The position numbers and the translations under genes are program-made. Below, piece by piece: positions 26,132 through 28,011 of a stretch of 28,011 nucleotides of DNA. Below the pieces are notes generated by a model. That model was given only the letters and a program-made list of their open reading frames with translations. It was not told the origin of the DNA and made no database searches. The stretch covers positions 1-28,011 of the IMG/VR virus record IMGVR_UViG_3300014656_006068; one strand, 5' to 3'. The DNA comes from a virus. Taxonomy: Duplodnaviria; Caudoviricetes. Each line of letters starts with the position of its first letter. Position 1 is the first letter of the stretch.

Positions 26132-26191
26132 TTTGTCCACATATCAATCAACTTTGTCCTAATTATAACCTACTTTGTCCAAACTTTGTCC
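26132..26191. repeat. Four phased TTTGTCC repeats (iteron-like), with one inverted copy at 26023-26029
   Basis: Starts at 26132, 26153, 26174 and 26185 (spacing 21, 21, 11 bp), followed by an AT-rich tract. Confidence 0.7.
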
Positions 26192-26261
26192 ATCTGATAA
26201 TATATATAATGTAATAATTTGCACTTGAAAATCATTACAAGTTAGTGTACGTTTGTACACT

Positions 26262-26477
26262 ATGCCTAAAAGATTATTTTACTCACATTTATTTGACAGA
26301 CCAATCCTTTCTTCAGAAAAGGAGTACTATTCTATTGTTAAAGCAGAGGTGCTTTTTCAAATAGATGGTATGAAAAAATTTGCATGTCAATGTCCTGATT
26401 GCAAAAAGAAACGAGATAAACTTTTAGAATATTATAATAAACACATTTTGGGAAGCTATATAACACCTCATGATTAA
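26262..26477 (+). CDS. Small hypothetical protein with CxCxxC motif
   Basis: ATG at 26262 just downstream of TTGAAA-N17-TACGTT (possibly leaderless); ACQCPDC. The ORF track starts at 26253. Confidence 0.55.
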   Translation: MPKRLFYSHLFDRPILSSEKEYYSIVKAEVLFQIDGMKKFACQCPDCKKKRDKLLEYYNKHILGSYITPHD

Positions 26478-26822
26478 TTATTTCTTCTCTATCCGTTCAA
26501 TTGTTCGTTTCTCCACTTCCACTCATTCGGCGTTCGCTTGAACAAACAGCGTTCCGTCCTCACACGTTTCATTCCAAAACTTCACAAATAAACTCTAATT
26601 CTTGTCTTTTAAGTTGTTTTATTTAAAACAATATGGTAGCCAAAAGTTTTGAGGAAACAAACATTTGGATTTTCGGTTATTTACAAAAGAAATCATTTTT
26701 GTAACCATCGGAATTTAATTGTTCAGTAAAAAACATCACTTCACAAATAAATCCTTTATTAAAACACAGTGGTGTGCAAAACATTTGCTCAAGGAACGCA
26801 AATAATTTGCACGTTCTAGGAA

Positions 26823-27072
26823 AGCAAATATTAAAAAAATAAACAAACCAAGCAAAAAACCAAAGCACGCTTTCTGTTAGCAAAACGAAAGCAAAAAAAA
26901 GAAACCCACAAAACTAAAAAAAAGAGTCCGCTAATCAAGGGTATATAAACGGGTGAAAAGCTTCCCGCCCTTGCTTATCGGCTTCCTTTTTTTTAACAGC
27001 GTTTTGTTCTTTTTTTCACTTTTTGCCAACAGTTCAGCGTTGGTTTTTCGGTTTGTTTCTTTTTTTAATGCT
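26823..27072. other. ~250-nt imperfect inverted repeat (long hairpin); candidate ssDNA promoter or single-strand origin
   Basis: Nested pairings: ATTAAAAAAA/TTTTTTTAAT, AAACAAACC/GGTTTGTTT, AAAAACCAA/TTGGTTTTT, CTGTTAGCAAAA/TTTTGCCAACAG, ACAAAAC/GTTTTGT, TAAAAAAAAG/CTTTTTTTTA, CAAGGG/CCCTTG, CGGG/CCCG; loop 26954-26963. Confidence 0.8.
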
Positions 27073-27117
27073 TGGCAAGGCAAAGCCAGTTCAAAAGCAA
27101 AAACAAAGGCTTAAAAA

Positions 27118-27336
27118 ATGGTAATCTTAAATTGTGTTCGTTCTGCTCACTCTATCCGTGTTCATCAAGTTGGGGTTTCTTCTGTTTCTTATCTGGTTAA
27201 CAAAACTTTAGCTACTGGTCAAATCTTGTCTTGGTCTTTTTCTTCTCTCTCAGTTGCTCTTAAGTTTGCTCATTTTCTTGGTGTTCCTCAAAAACAAATA
27301 AATCAAGTAACTAAAAATCAACTTTCACTTTTCTAA
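27118..27336 (+). CDS. Small hypothetical protein ending in the beta-clamp-binding motif QLSLF
   Basis: 72 aa, T-rich codons, AAGG upstream; first ORF after the long hairpin. Confidence 0.62.
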   Translation: MVILNCVRSAHSIRVHQVGVSSVSYLVNKTLATGQILSWSFSSLSVALKFAHFLGVPQKQINQVTKNQLSLF

Positions 27337-27354
27337 TTTAAAACGAGGTATCTA

Positions 27355-27744
27355 ATGGATAATGCAAAAAAACAAAAAATTAAAGCAATTTATCAAAGTG
27401 TTAAGGATTTAACACAAGATCAAAAAGACCAGCTGATGATGCAATTAAACATTAAAAATCCAGAAGGTCACTATTTATCAGGCAGAAATTGCATTTTACT
27501 TGAGAGACAAGCTGCAATTTATAATCCAAATATTTCTTTTTCTGTTGTTGGTGGTTTTCAGCAATGGCAAAAACATAATAGAAAAGTAAAAAAAGGGGAG
27601 AGTGGTTTTTATATTGCAATTCCTTCAAAGAAAGAAAATCAAGAATCTGAAAACTCGGATGAAGTATTTTTCTTTTTCAAAGCCGTTTTCGATATTTCAC
27701 AAACTGAACTTATCCACCAAGAAGTGGAAGAATTATCGAACTAA
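27355..27744 (+). CDS. Stand-alone ArdC-like N-terminal ssDNA-binding domain (DUF1738-like)
   Basis: LSGRNCILL...GGFQQWQKHNRKVKKGESGFYIAIP...FFFKAVFDISQT; GAGG RBS; no C-terminal metalloprotease domain. Confidence 0.82.
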   Translation: MDNAKKQKIKAIYQSVKDLTQDQKDQLMMQLNIKNPEGHYLSGRNCILLERQAAIYNPNISFSVVGGFQQWQKHNRKVKKGESGFYIAIPSKKENQESENSDEVFFFFKAVFDISQTELIHQEVEELSN

Positions 27745-27757
27745 TATTTATATAATA

Positions 27758-27787
27758 CGAAGTAAAAAAATTGCTTCGCTTTTTTTA
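27758..27787 (+). terminator. Rho-independent terminator
   Basis: CGAAGTAA-AAAAA-TTGCTTCG followed by CTTTTTTT. Confidence 0.6.
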
Positions 27788-27807
27788 TTCTATGGAGATA
27801 TAAAACA

Positions 27808-28011
27808 ATGATACAAGAAAAATTAAAATGTGAGTATTGCGGAGCAGAAAAAGAAGAATTTTCTTTTTATATCGGAGCTTCAAAAGAACCAGACTGGACG
27901 ATGATCGAAGGAACGGGAAAAATAACTTGTCCGAAATGTTACAATGTAGCAGTAAAAGAAGGAAAAGAAAAGATTGAAAAGCATATTAAAAATTTTAATT
28001 CCAAGAATTGA
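27808..28011 (+). CDS. Small zinc-finger protein (CxxC...CxxC)
   Basis: CEYC and CPKC; GGAG RBS; complete, with TGA at the window end. Confidence 0.72.
   Translation: MIQEKLKCEYCGAEKEEFSFYIGASKEPDWTMIEGTGKITCPKCYNVAVKEGKEKIEKHIKNFNSKN

Larger units (their letters stand above)
1..28011. mobile_element. Prophage/phage-satellite-like region with an internal defence cargo island; boundaries not visible
   Basis: Integrase and primase at left, head/packaging genes at right, shared repeat families on both sides, no housekeeping genes. Could be more than one element. Confidence 0.7.

Noticed and set aside
26132-26191. CRISPR array
   Set aside because: Repeat unit is only 7-9 bp with 11-21 bp period and there are no cas genes.
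26549-26575. Hammerhead ribozyme-like GTGAGGACGGAAC on the minus strand
   Set aside because: No CUGANGA core upstream and the required GAAA is GGAA.
1-28011. tRNA/tmRNA integration site or a flanking attL/attR pair
   Set aside because: No cloverleaf or long terminal direct repeat recognised by eye; the TTCGAC in reverse-read repeat C mimics a T-loop but lacks the rest of a tRNA. A tRNAscan and repeat search is needed to exclude this fully.

Overview
AT-rich window, probably from an Ignavibacteriae/FCB-group host (inferred from a T9SS type-A sorting tail of the 'LNQNYPNPFNPST' type). It looks like an integrated phage-satellite/prophage-like element with a defence cargo island in the middle. 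Left (1-4000, minus): primase-polymerase/PriCT-2/helicase fusion and an intact tyrosine integrase. 4200-5400: a recombination scar (frameshifted second integrase back-to-back with a DUF2326-like ATPase C-terminus). 5500-15800 (minus): a translationally coupled operon of fused nuclease-N6-methyltransferase + specificity subunit + ABC/AAA ATPase + HNH (Septu PtuAB-like), a candidate sRNA, and a tandem DUF262 (GmrSD-like) pair. 16245-17720: a T9SS-sorted beta-propeller protein. 18100-25300: Mu-like head genes split into two divergent operons (TerS-TerL-portal on minus; protease/scaffold-capsid-cement-fibre on plus), with no recognisable tail, connector or lysin gene in the window. Right end: membrane proteins, phased iteron-like repeats, and a ~250-nt imperfect hairpin placed like an ssDNA (Frpo-type) promoter ahead of a QLSLF-ending peptide and a stand-alone ArdC-like ssDNA-binding domain. 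Four families of short REP-like repeats are scattered through the element backbone, several inserted in frame in genes. All family assignments are from motif recognition by eye; no database search was run.
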